This document shows positions 9,875-19,818 of a stretch of DNA of 64,000 nt, in pieces (position 1 is the stretch's first letter; each line of letters opens with the position of its first letter). The notes under the pieces were generated by a model. It had not been told where the DNA came from. It searched no databases and saw only the letters and a list, made by a program, of their open reading frames with translations. The position numbers and the translations under genes are program-made. Source of the DNA: Bacteroidota bacterium (lineage in GTDB: Bacteria > Bacteroidota > Bacteroidia > Flavobacteriales > Flavobacteriaceae); assembly GCA_947460615.1 (NCBI GenBank), contig CANHHG010000001.1, positions 30,056 to 94,055 of the forward strand, given 5' to 3'.

Positions 9875-11392
9875 TTATAGTAAAGAATGGCCGGTCATTA
9901 CATCTGGTTTCGTAACACCCATAAGTTCTAAAATGGTGGGAGCGATATCACCCAAAACGCCATTTTCAATTTTTTTCAATTCTTTGTCAACTAAAATTAT
10001 TGGTACTGGATTAGTAGTATGAGCGGTATTTGGTGAACCATCGGGATTGATCATCGTTTCGCAATTTCCGTGATCGGCTATTACTATTGTAGTATAATTG
10101 TTTTCCAATGCAGCATTAATTACTTTCTCAACACATTGATCCACCGCTTCGCATGCCTTTATCGCCGCGTTCATTACGCCCGTATGTCCAACCATGTCTC
10201 CATTAGCAAAATTCAAACATACAAAATCAACTTCGCCTTTTTCTATTTCTGGAACTAGGGCTTCCGCCAATTCAAATGCGCTCATTTCAGGTTGCAAATC
10301 GTAAGTGGCTACTTTTGGAGAATTTTTTAAAATGCGGCTTTCCCCGATAAAAGGTTCTTCACGACCGCCTGAAAAGAAGAAAGTAACATGAGGATATTTC
10401 TCTGTTTCTGCAATTCTAATTTGAGTTTTATGAGCTTTCTCTAATACTTCTCCCAAAGTTTCAGTGATATTATCTTTGTTGTAAACCACTTTTACATTTT
10501 GATAGGTTTCGTCGTAATTCGTCAATGTAACATAGTACAAATTCAATTTATGCATGTTTTGTTCGTGGAAATCTTGCTGAGATAGTGCCTCCGTTAATTC
10601 GCGGCCTCTGTCGGTTCTGAAGTTGAAGAAAATAACCACATCGTCTTCTTCAATTGTAGCTAAAGGGTTTCCATTATTGTCCAAGTGAACTAACGGAGCA
10701 ATAAATTCATCAGTGATGTTATTAAGGTAACTGGATTCAATAGAAGCGACTAAATCAGTACTTCCTGTTCCAGTTGCGTGAACCAATAAATCATAAGCTA
10801 ATTTTACTCTCTCCCATCGTTTATCTCGATCCATAGCATAATAACGACCTATAATTGAAGCTACTTTAACAGTTGTTTTTGAGATATAATTTTCAAGATC
10901 TTGGAGGTATTTTTTTCCCGATTTTGGATCTACATCACGACCATCAGTGAAAGCATGAATGTAAACTTTTTCAAGCCCGTATTCTTGAGAGGCGTCGATT
11001 AAACCTCTTAAATGAGAGGTATGAGAATGAACTCCACCGTCGGAAACTAAACCTAATAAGTGTACTTTTTTATTGTGTTTCTTGGCATAGGTGAACGCAT
11101 CGATGAGTACTTTTTCTTTTGCTAGCGTATTATTAGCTACGGCTAAATTGATTTTTGCTAAATCTTGATATACAATTCTTCCCGCTCCAAGATTCATATG
11201 ACCCACTTCAGAATTTCCCATTTGGCCTTCAGGTAAACCCACGTTCAATCCGTCGGTTCTAAGTTGGGCGTTAGGGTAGTTTTTATAAAGCGAATTTATA
11301 AATGGAACGTTCGCGTTGTCGATAGCGGAAACCTTTGGATCTGGAGATTTCCCCCATCCGTCAAGAATCATTAAAATCACTTTGTTATTCAT
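9875..11392 (-). CDS. gpmI: 2,3-bisphosphoglycerate-independent phosphoglycerate mutase
   Basis: ILDGWG, QMGNSEVGH, DGGVHSH, GRYYAMDRD, AETEKYPHVTFFF, DMVGHTG, ADHGN. Confidence 0.98.
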   Translation of the reverse strand: MNNKVILMILDGWGKSPDPKVSAIDNANVPFINSLYKNYPNAQLRTDGLNVGLPEGQMGNSEVGHMNLGAGRIVYQDLAKINLAVANNTLAKEKVLIDAFTYAKKHNKKVHLLGLVSDGGVHSHTSHLRGLIDASQEYGLEKVYIHAFTDGRDVDPKSGKKYLQDLENYISKTTVKVASIIGRYYAMDRDKRWERVKLAYDLLVHATGTGSTDLVASIESSYLNNITDEFIAPLVHLDNNGNPLATIEEDDVVIFFNFRTDRGRELTEALSQQDFHEQNMHKLNLYYVTLTNYDETYQNVKVVYNKDNITETLGEVLEKAHKTQIRIAETEKYPHVTFFFSGGREEPFIGESRILKNSPKVATYDLQPEMSAFELAEALVPEIEKGEVDFVCLNFANGDMVGHTGVMNAAIKACEAVDQCVEKVINAALENNYTTIVIADHGNCETMINPDGSPNTAHTTNPVPIILVDKELKKIENGVLGDIAPTILELMGVTKPDVMTGHSLL

Positions 11393-11405
11393 GAGGTTTG
11401 TTTTT

Positions 11406-11473
11406 TAGCCCAGATGGAAGAGGAAATCCCTCGCTTTTTCGAGGATTGCAACGTACAGCTGGAAAGAGCTCCA
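11406..11473 (-). ncRNA. Structured repeated element, copy 2 (short form), Flavo-1-like
   Basis: Minus strand TGGAGCTCTTTCCAGCTGTACGTTGCAATCCTCGAAAAAGCGAGGGATTTCCTCTTCCATCTGGGCTA; stems CCAG/CTGG and ATCCTCG/CGAGGGAT; ends about 13 nt before the gpmI ATG. Confidence 0.78.
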
Positions 11474-11484
11474 AAATTAAGAAA

Positions 11485-13902
11485 TTAAAATAACTTTTTG
11501 GCTTGATTGTAATCAATAAAATACCTCATACTTATAGAAAAAGAATGGTTTAGCGCCTCATTATTTAGCAAGTTGGTCACGTTGCTTCCAAAATCACTAT
11601 TGATGTTTCGAGTAAAATTGGCCGCATTATTTCGATATAAAACAGAAATTTGACTTCCTGGGGCAAACCACCAAGAATAAGATAAATCAACATTCCAAGA
11701 GGTGAAATTGGAGTTTTTATTATTAGTGTAATTTAAATAATCAATCAGTTTACCCTTGTTATCTAAAGATAAAAAGTTTTTATTATCTGCAAACGACCAA
11801 TAATGACGAATTGAAAGATTAAAAGTCATCGTGCTATTTACGGAGTATTTCCCAGATAGTGTATTTGAATAGGTAATTACATTTCTATTGGCAAAAATTA
11901 TAGCGTTGGGAGTTGACGAATTGGCATCGTTATCAATGCTATCCACGAATCCCTTATTGTTATTTTGACGCGAAAAATTAAAATTAAAATTCAATAAAAA
12001 CCTATCGCTAAATCGATACCTTGGTCCCATTGAGAAACCGTAAGTGATTCTCCCTTCTTCATCTAATTTAGTTATCGACGGATTAAAATCAAAAGCTAAT
12101 TTGTAGTTGTAATTAGAGGAGAAATAAAACCAAGATCCTATTCTTGAGGGGATAATTACATATCTATTTTCGGCTCGAGCCTCATAGAAATCATGATTTT
12201 CTAGTGGATTAGCATTCAGTCCAAGACCAAAATAATGGTTTTTTTTATTATTGATATTGACATTGATATTAAAATTATTTCCTTGAACAAATCCTGTTTC
12301 TTTTTGGAATTGTAAAAAGGAATTTAAATTAATATTAAATGAATTAAAGTATTTGGTAGATTTCAGAATTCTATAGTTGGCATTTCCATACAAACTATAA
12401 TAATTAGTTTGAAAATTGATGCCCAAATCGTTGTTATCAAAATCTTTAGTTACAATATCTCCTCCCAAACTGTAACGAAATTGACCGCTTGTTTCCCCAA
12501 TATTCAAACTGGATGCAATTCCTGTTTTTGCACCATCTTCATTTACATAACTGTATTTAAAGTCACCCGAAAGGTTATAGGTATTTTCTTTTGTATTTAA
12601 ATCCCAAACTAATGCTGATACATTTCCATCTCGAAAACTACCGTCACGAGTTACATTGGTATTAATAAAACTAAGAGATGAATTTTTTCTAAAACGTTGG
12701 TCAAGTACTAAAACACTATAGTTCGACAAGGGTTCAATGACTTCACTCCGAATGGATTGGTCGAAGTTGCTTCTGATTTTTGCAGTGGTAGTTTCGGTAA
12801 CGGCATTTAAAACTCCAATCCCTAAACCGCCTTTGGTTCGTCCAGAAACTTTAAGGGCATTTATTAAATTTACTGTTGTTGGATTTTCAATAATTTCTTC
12901 ATTATTTCCCACAGTTGGATAAGCAGATGGGCTTCCGCCAATTCTTCTCGAATAGAACAATCCGCCTTTATTAAACAAGTCGGTACCTTCAGTAAAAAAA
13001 GCTCTATTTTCATTGAATTGTTGTTCGAATGGACCTAGATTTAGAATTTGATCATCGAATTTTGTTTGACCAAAATCAGGAATTAATATAGCATCAAGCG
13101 TAAAGGCATCATTAATTCCGTATTTAATATCCATTCCGCCTTTTAGTGTTCCTTTGGTTTTTTGATTGTCATTGGCATTCAAATAAAAAGAAGAATAGGG
13201 TAAGAAAAAAAGTCGGGTAGGGGTTTTAATATTTTCAATTCCCTCTAAATTCCCAGCTTGCTGAATAACATTATTTATTTTGTTATCGACTTTATTCCAA
13301 ACATAAATGGAGTTTTCTCTTTTTAAATCTCTAACAAAATTAATTCCCCAAGTTTGTACTTTATTATTGGAAAATCGAAGTGCTGCATAGGGGATTTTCA
13401 TTTCTACTACCCAGCCTTTGTTAGTAATTTTAGCTTTGCATAGCCAAATGGCATCCCAAGAAAAATCCTCACCATTAGTATCGGTGGCTAAACAATCCAA
13501 TTGCGTTCCGGAGGCCGTACAGAAAAAACGAAAATCTTGCTGGCCGTCATTAAATCCATTGATGAAAACCCCAAAATTATCACTAGTGCCTTGATCATCG
13601 CGTAAAGTAAGTTCTTTTAAAATCTTGGAAGGTTCGGCATCATATAATATGGCGCCTATATAAATGGCTTCATTGTCATACAGAATTTTCACTTCTGTTT
13701 CTTTGCCTTTTTCAACTTCTTTACCATTATCTGGAGCAAACATGAAAAAATCCTTAGCTATTGGCGCGGTTTGCCATTGAGGTTCATCTAAATTTCCATC
13801 AACAATAATTCTATCATTAATGAGTACTGCTTTTAGTGTTTTTTTCTGAGAATAACTGAACGTGCATGTAATTAATAAAAGGAGTAGAAGTGCTTTTTTC
13901 AT
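11485..13902 (-). CDS. DUF5916 outer-membrane protein with N-terminal CBM9-like domain
   Basis: Signal peptide, VDG.LDE..W, W..E.KIPY..LRF, PDFGQ, ENR.FF.EG, FYSRRIG; C-terminal Phe. Confidence 0.78.
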   Translation of the reverse strand: MKKALLLLLLITCTFSYSQKKTLKAVLINDRIIVDGNLDEPQWQTAPIAKDFFMFAPDNGKEVEKGKETEVKILYDNEAIYIGAILYDAEPSKILKELTLRDDQGTSDNFGVFINGFNDGQQDFRFFCTASGTQLDCLATDTNGEDFSWDAIWLCKAKITNKGWVVEMKIPYAALRFSNNKVQTWGINFVRDLKRENSIYVWNKVDNKINNVIQQAGNLEGIENIKTPTRLFFLPYSSFYLNANDNQKTKGTLKGGMDIKYGINDAFTLDAILIPDFGQTKFDDQILNLGPFEQQFNENRAFFTEGTDLFNKGGLFYSRRIGGSPSAYPTVGNNEEIIENPTTVNLINALKVSGRTKGGLGIGVLNAVTETTTAKIRSNFDQSIRSEVIEPLSNYSVLVLDQRFRKNSSLSFINTNVTRDGSFRDGNVSALVWDLNTKENTYNLSGDFKYSYVNEDGAKTGIASSLNIGETSGQFRYSLGGDIVTKDFDNNDLGINFQTNYYSLYGNANYRILKSTKYFNSFNINLNSFLQFQKETGFVQGNNFNINVNINNKKNHYFGLGLNANPLENHDFYEARAENRYVIIPSRIGSWFYFSSNYNYKLAFDFNPSITKLDEEGRITYGFSMGPRYRFSDRFLLNFNFNFSRQNNNKGFVDSIDNDANSSTPNAIIFANRNVITYSNTLSGKYSVNSTMTFNLSIRHYWSFADNKNFLSLDNKGKLIDYLNYTNNKNSNFTSWNVDLSYSWWFAPGSQISVLYRNNAANFTRNINSDFGSNVTNLLNNEALNHSFSISMRYFIDYNQAKKLF

Positions 13903-14166
13903 ATAGGTTTAATTCAAGGGGCAAAAATATCATTTGACACTATTAATAACAATTATTTTATATTTTAATTATGAATAAAGCAATGAATAAAGCTATTTAA
14001 ATCAAATAAATAGAGAAAATGGATTGCGCTTAACTAGCAAAAAGTTATAAGACACCTTTATGTTAGGTGTTAATTTTAAAGTTAAAATTCTGAAATTGCA
14101 GGAATTAACTTGTTTTATTATTTACATTTGAAAGAATTAAAAATACCACAACACATTAGATTATTA

Positions 14167-14853
14167 ATGAATTTTCAATTTTTTCCCGTTTTAGTTTTCT
14201 TTTTATTCTCATTTTCATCCAATAAAATAGAAATTCCCTCAAAATCCCCTTTACCATTTGTTTCAAGAGTAGAGAATTTTTCGGAGGAAATTATCAGTGT
14301 ATATAATAATTTGCATCACAGTAATTTTGCATTACCCAAGTTAGAAAGTTTTCAAAAAGCGATGGTAGGGTTTTATGAAATGAAGAAAAAGGGAATTTTC
14401 AAAAAGAACATTCTGACTTTAATTGATTTCAGTTTGTCTTCCAATCAAAAAAGGCTTTGGGTGATCGATTTGTCTTCCAATACCATCATATTTCATTCTT
14501 TAGTTGCTCATGGCAGAAATACAGGAGATGAATTTGCTAAGCGTTTTTCCAACTCTGCGGAATCGTTAAAAAGTAGTTTGGGATTTTATTTAACCGGAGA
14601 GATTTATATTGGCAAACATGGAAAATCTTTAAGACTAGATGGTTTAGAAAGAGGAGTAAATGACAATGCTAGAAATCGAGGTATTGTAATTCATGCCGCC
14701 GATTATGTTTCTGATTTTTTTATAAAAGCGCACCATCGATTGGGAAGAAGTCAAGGCTGTCCTGCACTACCAGTAGAGTTTACGAAAAAAATCATCAATA
14801 CAATAAAAGATAAATCCTGTTTGTATATTTATTATCCTTCCAGTAATTCTTAA
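14167..14853 (+). CDS. L,D-transpeptidase catalytic domain protein (YkuD_2-like)
   Basis: IDFS..S..KRLWVIDL, VAHGRN, SSLGFY, HAADY...GRSQGCPA. Start moved to ATG 14167, downstream of the TACATTTG promoter box at 14123-14130. Confidence 0.85.
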   Translation: MNFQFFPVLVFFLFSFSSNKIEIPSKSPLPFVSRVENFSEEIISVYNNLHHSNFALPKLESFQKAMVGFYEMKKKGIFKKNILTLIDFSLSSNQKRLWVIDLSSNTIIFHSLVAHGRNTGDEFAKRFSNSAESLKSSLGFYLTGEIYIGKHGKSLRLDGLERGVNDNARNRGIVIHAADYVSDFFIKAHHRLGRSQGCPALPVEFTKKIINTIKDKSCLYIYYPSSNS

Positions 14854-14855
14854 AT

Positions 14856-15293
14856 TTATATTGCTTTAAATAAAATATAGTGGGGTCCAACATCCGGTAT
14901 TTCAAATTGACTACCCAAAACTTCATAACCTGATTTTTTATAGAATGCTACCGCTGATTCTCGAGCGTTAAACCAAATCAATTCTCCATTATTTATTCTA
15001 ATTTCGTTTTCACAATATTTCAAAAGGGTTTCTCCAAATCCCTTTTTTTGAAATTCATTTAATACGGCCATACCGCGAATTTGATATTGATTTTCCTCTG
15101 TAAACAATTTATTTTGCACTTTAAAAGCCGAGATTACGGCTACCAATCGATTTTCATAATACAAACCGAAATGAGAAGTTGTTGGTAATTCATCGCCTTC
15201 AAAATAACAAGTTTCAATTGTCCTTCCAGGACGTAAAACAGGATGTCGGACAATTATTGTTTCAGTTGAGGTAATTTTTTTTATTTTAATCAT
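14856..15293 (-). CDS. GNAT family N-acetyltransferase
   Basis: RGMAV...FQKKGFG acetyl-CoA motif; NARESA..FYKK.GY. Confidence 0.9.
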   Translation of the reverse strand: MIKIKKITSTETIIVRHPVLRPGRTIETCYFEGDELPTTSHFGLYYENRLVAVISAFKVQNKLFTEENQYQIRGMAVLNEFQKKGFGETLLKYCENEIRINNGELIWFNARESAVAFYKKSGYEVLGSQFEIPDVGPHYILFKAI

Positions 15294-15418
15294 CTTTTAT
15301 TTTAATTTATTTTTTTGATAATTGTTATCATAACAATATCAAAATAAATTATTTAGGTTAATTAATGGCACTTTACCCTGTTAGATTTTAAAGAGGCCTT
15401 AAATTTTTTTCAAAAAAA

Positions 15419-15451
15419 TTTGCAATAAACCCAACTAATTATCTATATTTG
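15419..15451 (+). promoter_or_regulatory. Bacteroidota sigma-70 promoter of tRNA-Gly (-33 TTTG / -7 TATATTTG)
   Basis: TTTG 15419-15422, 21-nt spacer, TATATTTG 15444-15451. Confidence 0.75.
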
Positions 15452-15464
15452 CACCGTTGATAAT

Positions 15465-15537
<73 letters not shown>

Positions 15538-15540
15538 CTA

Positions 15541-15572
15541 AAATCCTCAGACTAAAAGTCTGGGGATTTTTT
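15541..15572. terminator. Intrinsic terminator between tRNA-Gly and pepE (probably bidirectional)
   Basis: AAATCCTCAGACT-aaa-AGTCTGGGGATTT followed by a T-run. Confidence 0.8.
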
Positions 15573-16278
15573 ATTTTAAATCACTTAAATCACTTTCCGA
15601 TTCAATTTCTTCAGGAGCAGAATTTTGTTGGAATAATCTTGCGCAAAGTCCTCCTTTTAAAGTTATTTTATCCCCTTTTACTTCTAACCAACTCCCTTCA
15701 CGAAGTCCAAGAACGGGTGGGGAATTCAAAAAGTGAAATTCTTTAATTCTCATTTCCCTTGTTTCGCCATTGTGTTTCAATTGCAAATCGGCATCCAAAT
15801 AATGTGGATTGATATTGAAAGGCACAATTCCCAAAGTTTGAAAACTAGGTGGGTAAATGATCGGCATATCGTTAGTGGTTTGCAACGTTAAGCCACAAAT
15901 ATTACTTCCCGCGCTAGATCCTAAATAAGGCGTTCCTTTTTTTATAGCTTCGGCCAATACGTCCATTACTTTGTTTTTGTATAATTGGAAAACCAATAAA
16001 AAAGTATTTCCGCCGCCGGTAAAAATTCCTTCGGCTTCTTCAATTGCCGCTTTCGGATCTTCAAATTCATGAATTCCTCTAACAGCAATATTTAATTCGC
16101 TGAAAGCCACAGCCACTCTATTCGTATATTCATCATAGGATAATCCACTAGGCTGCGCATAGGGAATAAATAGGATCGATTTGCAATTCTGGAAGTGCTG
16201 TTTCAATTCTGGAAGTAAATAATCTATATATTTCCCTCCGTATAATGTTGAGGTACTGGCGATAATGCAATTTTTCAT
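15571..16278 (-). CDS. pepE: Dipeptidase E (peptidase S51)
   Basis: FIPYA, GGGNTF.L, G.SAG (nucleophile), TTNDMPI, INPHY, H.GETRE.RI.EF. Confidence 0.95.
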   Translation of the reverse strand: MKNCIIASTSTLYGGKYIDYLLPELKQHFQNCKSILFIPYAQPSGLSYDEYTNRVAVAFSELNIAVRGIHEFEDPKAAIEEAEGIFTGGGNTFLLVFQLYKNKVMDVLAEAIKKGTPYLGSSAGSNICGLTLQTTNDMPIIYPPSFQTLGIVPFNINPHYLDADLQLKHNGETREMRIKEFHFLNSPPVLGLREGSWLEVKGDKITLKGGLCARLFQQNSAPEEIESESDLSDLK

Positions 16279-16425
16279 TTGTACTCTTTTAGGAATTCAA
16301 AGTTACCCATTTTATCATTTTATTCCCAATAATAGAAAATTATATATTAACATAACTTTATCAATCCAAATTATAATTATTAATTTCACTTAAATACTTT
16401 TACAAATAAAAAAAATAGATTTCAG

Positions 16426-17127
16426 ATGATGAAAAACTGGTTTGCCCTAACATTATTGTTAGGTACTTTTTCAATTTGGTCACAAAATCAAAATGAAAAA
16501 CTACTTCAAGGAATAATTGCTGCCGACGACGCCTTGCTTTCAGGAATTGATGTGGTGAATTTAGGTAATGAAAAAGTTACTTTGACTAATAGCAAAGGCG
16601 AGTTTTCTATATTGGCTAAAGCCGACGACATTTTAGTATTTTCATCAAAATCTTTGGAAATGAGAAGAGTGCTTATTGATGAAGACGATTTAAATTCAGG
16701 AACGATTACGGTAAATATGTATCCTAAAATCAACGAACTCAATGAGGTGATTGTAAAGAAAAGCCCTATAGAAGGAGTTAGTATAATTCCAGGACAAAAG
16801 CAATATACCCCTGCTGAAAGAAAACTTCACACTGCAACCAACGGAATTTTAGATGCCCCAATAAATTGGATGTCAGGACGAACCGAAATGTTAAAAAAGG
16901 AAGTTGCTGTAGAAAGAAAAGAACGTCTTTTAGATAAAATAGGAATTCTATATGAAGACAAATATTACATTGAAACATTGAAAGTACCGGAAATATATAT
17001 CGATGATTTTCAAAGATACATTATTGAAGACAAAGAGTTTATCGCTGCTTTAAAAGTCAAAAATAGAACCATGATGTTATTTTTAATAACTAAATTAGCA
17101 GCAAACTATAATGCTATTCCAAAATAG
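16426..17127 (+). CDS. Exported protein with carboxypeptidase-regulatory-like domain
   Basis: Signal peptide, T.TNSKGEFSI.A...D.LVFS, LNEV.V. Confidence 0.65.
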   Translation: MMKNWFALTLLLGTFSIWSQNQNEKLLQGIIAADDALLSGIDVVNLGNEKVTLTNSKGEFSILAKADDILVFSSKSLEMRRVLIDEDDLNSGTITVNMYPKINELNEVIVKKSPIEGVSIIPGQKQYTPAERKLHTATNGILDAPINWMSGRTEMLKKEVAVERKERLLDKIGILYEDKYYIETLKVPEIYIDDFQRYIIEDKEFIAALKVKNRTMMLFLITKLAANYNAIPK

Positions 17128-17200
17128 GTTTACTATTAAATTTTAAATTAGATTTTTACCTTTATAAAAACTTAGTAACTTTGCAATAAAATAAATCGAT

Positions 17201-17542
17201 ATGTTTGGAATAGGCGGAGGAGAATTAATACTAATATTATTTGTAGTTCTTATGCTTTTTGGGTCGGACAAGATTCCTGATATTGCAAGAACTATGGGGA
17301 AAGCAATGGCACAACTCAAAAATGCTACGAATGATATAAAGAGTGAAATTCAAAAAGGAGCTGAAGCGAATGGTATAGATTCTAAATCGATAACAGATAT
17401 TACTGGAAATATCAATCAGGAAATTAGTAAAGCAAAAGAAAATTTGCTCAATGAGGATGCACTAGATATTGAAAAACCTAAAATTGTTATTGAAAATTTA
17501 GAAACCACAGAAAACGAAGGTCCAATAAAAAGACAATCCTAA
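17201..17542 (+). CDS. tatA: Twin-arginine translocase TatA/TatB family subunit
   Basis: GIGGGELILI..V.LMLFG..KIP..AR..GK. Confidence 0.85.
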   Translation: MFGIGGGELILILFVVLMLFGSDKIPDIARTMGKAMAQLKNATNDIKSEIQKGAEANGIDSKSITDITGNINQEISKAKENLLNEDALDIEKPKIVIENLETTENEGPIKRQS

Positions 17543-18105
17543 TGCTCGATAAAATCCTCACACTTGATAAGCAACTTCTAATTTTCTTAAATGGGCTTGG
17601 ATCAACGACGTTCGATCCATTTTGGATGATAATTACGAAGCAAAGTAATTGGACTCCATTTTTTTTAGTTTTACTCTATTTTATTTATAAGAAAATCGGC
17701 CTCAAACAAACCTTGTATACACTAATGTTTGTTATGGTTTTAGTCACCATTTCCGATCAATTTACAAATCTTGTAAAAGAGACTTTTCAACGTCTTCGTC
17801 CATGCAGTGATCCAAATATCAATACTTTAATTAGAATTGTAAAACCAAGTAAAACCTTTAGTTTTTTCTCAGGTCATGCTTCTAATTCAATGGCTTCAGC
17901 AACATTTTTGTACTTTTTATTTAGGGATCAATTCAAGTATTTCGGTTTGTTGTTTTTATGGCCACTAATTTTTGCTTATAGTAGAATTTACCTAGGATTA
18001 CACTATCCATCAGATATAATTTGTGGTTATATCAATGGATTTATTTTTGGATTTTTATTCTATAAGTTATACCGTTTCCTACAATTAAAAAAAGTAATTA
18101 TCTAA
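17542..18105 (+). CDS. PAP2 family phosphatase
   Basis: K.....RLRP, SF.SGH, SRIYLGLHYPSD. Confidence 0.92.
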   Translation: MLDKILTLDKQLLIFLNGLGSTTFDPFWMIITKQSNWTPFFLVLLYFIYKKIGLKQTLYTLMFVMVLVTISDQFTNLVKETFQRLRPCSDPNINTLIRIVKPSKTFSFFSGHASNSMASATFLYFLFRDQFKYFGLLFLWPLIFAYSRIYLGLHYPSDIICGYINGFIFGFLFYKLYRFLQLKKVII

Positions 18106-18739
18106 CTCTAGAAACAGTTAATCCATCTCGAATGGGTAATAATACAGTTTCAACCCTTGGATCATTTTTCAATAATTCATTGTATTCTAAAAGTACTTTG
18201 GTACTACTATCGTTTTTTTGTAAGGGTTCAAGTACTTTTCCGCTCCACAAAACATTATCGGATAATATAATCCCCCCTTTATTCATTTTAGGCACAATCA
18301 TTTCAAAATAGTTGAGGTAGTTTTCTTTGTCGGCATCAATAAAAACCAAATCAAATTTTAATTCTAATGTTGGAATAATAGCAATAGCTTCTCCTAAATG
18401 TTGAAAAATTTGACTTCCCCAAGGAGATTTGTCAAAATATTTTCTTTGAATAGTTGCCAATTCTTCTTTAATGTCTATGGTATGTAACTGACCATTTTCT
18501 TGCATTCCTTCACATAAACACAATGCGGCATAACCTGTAAATGTTCCAATTTCTAGAATATTAACTGGCCGAATTAATTTTGAAAGCATACTCAATACTC
18601 GCCCTTGAAAATGGCCACTCAACATTCTAGGAAGTAGAATTTTTTGATAGGTTTCTTTATTTAGAGCTGCTAATAAAGCAGGTTCTTTTTCAGAATGTTG
18701 TTCGATATAATCTTCTAATTCTTGGGAAATAAAATGCAT
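18098..18739 (-). CDS. O-methyltransferase (Methyltransf_3 family)
   Basis: LEIGTFTGY, FDLVFIDADK.NY, DNVLWSG, LPIRDGL. Start moved to MHFISQE (18739), downstream of the TAACTTTG box at 18764-18771. Confidence 0.9.
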   Translation of the reverse strand: MHFISQELEDYIEQHSEKEPALLAALNKETYQKILLPRMLSGHFQGRVLSMLSKLIRPVNILEIGTFTGYAALCLCEGMQENGQLHTIDIKEELATIQRKYFDKSPWGSQIFQHLGEAIAIIPTLELKFDLVFIDADKENYLNYFEMIVPKMNKGGIILSDNVLWSGKVLEPLQKNDSSTKVLLEYNELLKNDPRVETVLLPIRDGLTVSRVR

Positions 18740-18764
18740 TTTTGATTGTATTTGTAATTTGGTC

Positions 18765-18814
18765 AAAGTTATCAATTTATCAAATAAACAAATCCATAAA
18801 TTAAACTAAATTTG
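18765..18814 (+). repeat. 50-bp direct repeat, copy A (divergent promoter region)
   Basis: AAAGTTATCAATTTATCAAATAAACAAATCCATAAATTAAACTAAATTTG; 48/50 identical to 19765-19814. Confidence 0.95.
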
Positions 18815-18860
18815 TAACACATAATTGGAAACCAATAATAGTATTTATATTTCAAATTTC

Positions 18861-19721
18861 ATGAAAATCAATTCTAAATCATTAATTTCATTATTTTTTT
18901 TATTCATTTTTATCAAATTAAGCGCACAAGTAGTCAGTGATTCTATTTTAATTGACGGACATTATCGAACGTTTCATTATAATTTACCTTCGAAAAATAG
19001 TGAAAATGCAAGCTTGATTTTTGTATTGCACGGTTCAGGTGGTAATGGACTTAAATCTATTAAAGGAACTTCAAAATTGTTGGATATTGCCAATAAAGAA
19101 AATCTGCTCATTTTGTTTCCTGACGGTTATTTAAAAAATTGGAATGAATGTAGAAAAAATGCTCCTGCATTAGCAAATGTCGAAAATATTGATGAAAATA
19201 TTTTTTTCGGCAAAATGATTGATTATTGTACTACTAAATTTTTGATCAATCGTGAAAAAGTCTTTGCTATAGGGACTTCTGGAGGTGGTCACATGGTTTA
19301 TAAATTAGCCATGACTATGCCAGAAAAATTTAAGGGAATAACGGCAATTGTAGCCAATTTACCCGAGTCAAATAATATGGATTGTTTTGAAAAGAAAAAG
19401 CCAATCGCGGTAATGATTATCAATGGAACCAAAGATGATACCAATCCTTATAATGGAGGTATTTCTGCCAAAAATAAAGGATTAGTTGTTTCTACCGACG
19501 AAACGTTTCAATATTGGGCTACCGTAAATGGTTACAAAGGTTCGCCATCAATGGAAGAAATGCCTGACTTGGAAGCCGATGGGAAAACAATTGTAAAATA
19601 CTCTTTTAGGCATAAAGGAAAACCAGAAGTAGTGCTTTTAAAAGTAATTAATGGAGAACACAATAATCCAAAAGATATAGATGTATTCTTAGAAAGCTGG
19701 AATTTTTTTAAAAGACAATAG
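18861..19721 (+). CDS. Secreted alpha/beta-hydrolase, PHB-depolymerase/LpqC-like esterase
   Basis: Signal peptide from MKINSKS (ATG 18861), LHGSGG oxyanion motif, GTSGGG nucleophile elbow, NGTKD, GEH. Confidence 0.85.
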   Translation: MKINSKSLISLFFLFIFIKLSAQVVSDSILIDGHYRTFHYNLPSKNSENASLIFVLHGSGGNGLKSIKGTSKLLDIANKENLLILFPDGYLKNWNECRKNAPALANVENIDENIFFGKMIDYCTTKFLINREKVFAIGTSGGGHMVYKLAMTMPEKFKGITAIVANLPESNNMDCFEKKKPIAVMIINGTKDDTNPYNGGISAKNKGLVVSTDETFQYWATVNGYKGSPSMEEMPDLEADGKTIVKYSFRHKGKPEVVLLKVINGEHNNPKDIDVFLESWNFFKRQ

Positions 19722-19764
19722 TTTGTAATTTTTGTAAAATACTAATTGTTTCTTTTCATTTATA

Positions 19765-19814
19765 AAAGTTATCAAATTATCAAATAAACAAATCCACAAA
19801 TTAAACTAAATTTG
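19765..19814 (+). repeat. 50-bp direct repeat, copy B; contains the rlmN -7 box TAAATTTG
   Basis: AAAGTTATCAAATTATCAAATAAACAAATCCACAAATTAAACTAAATTTG, exactly 1000 bp after copy A. Confidence 0.95.
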
Positions 19815-19818
19815 CACC

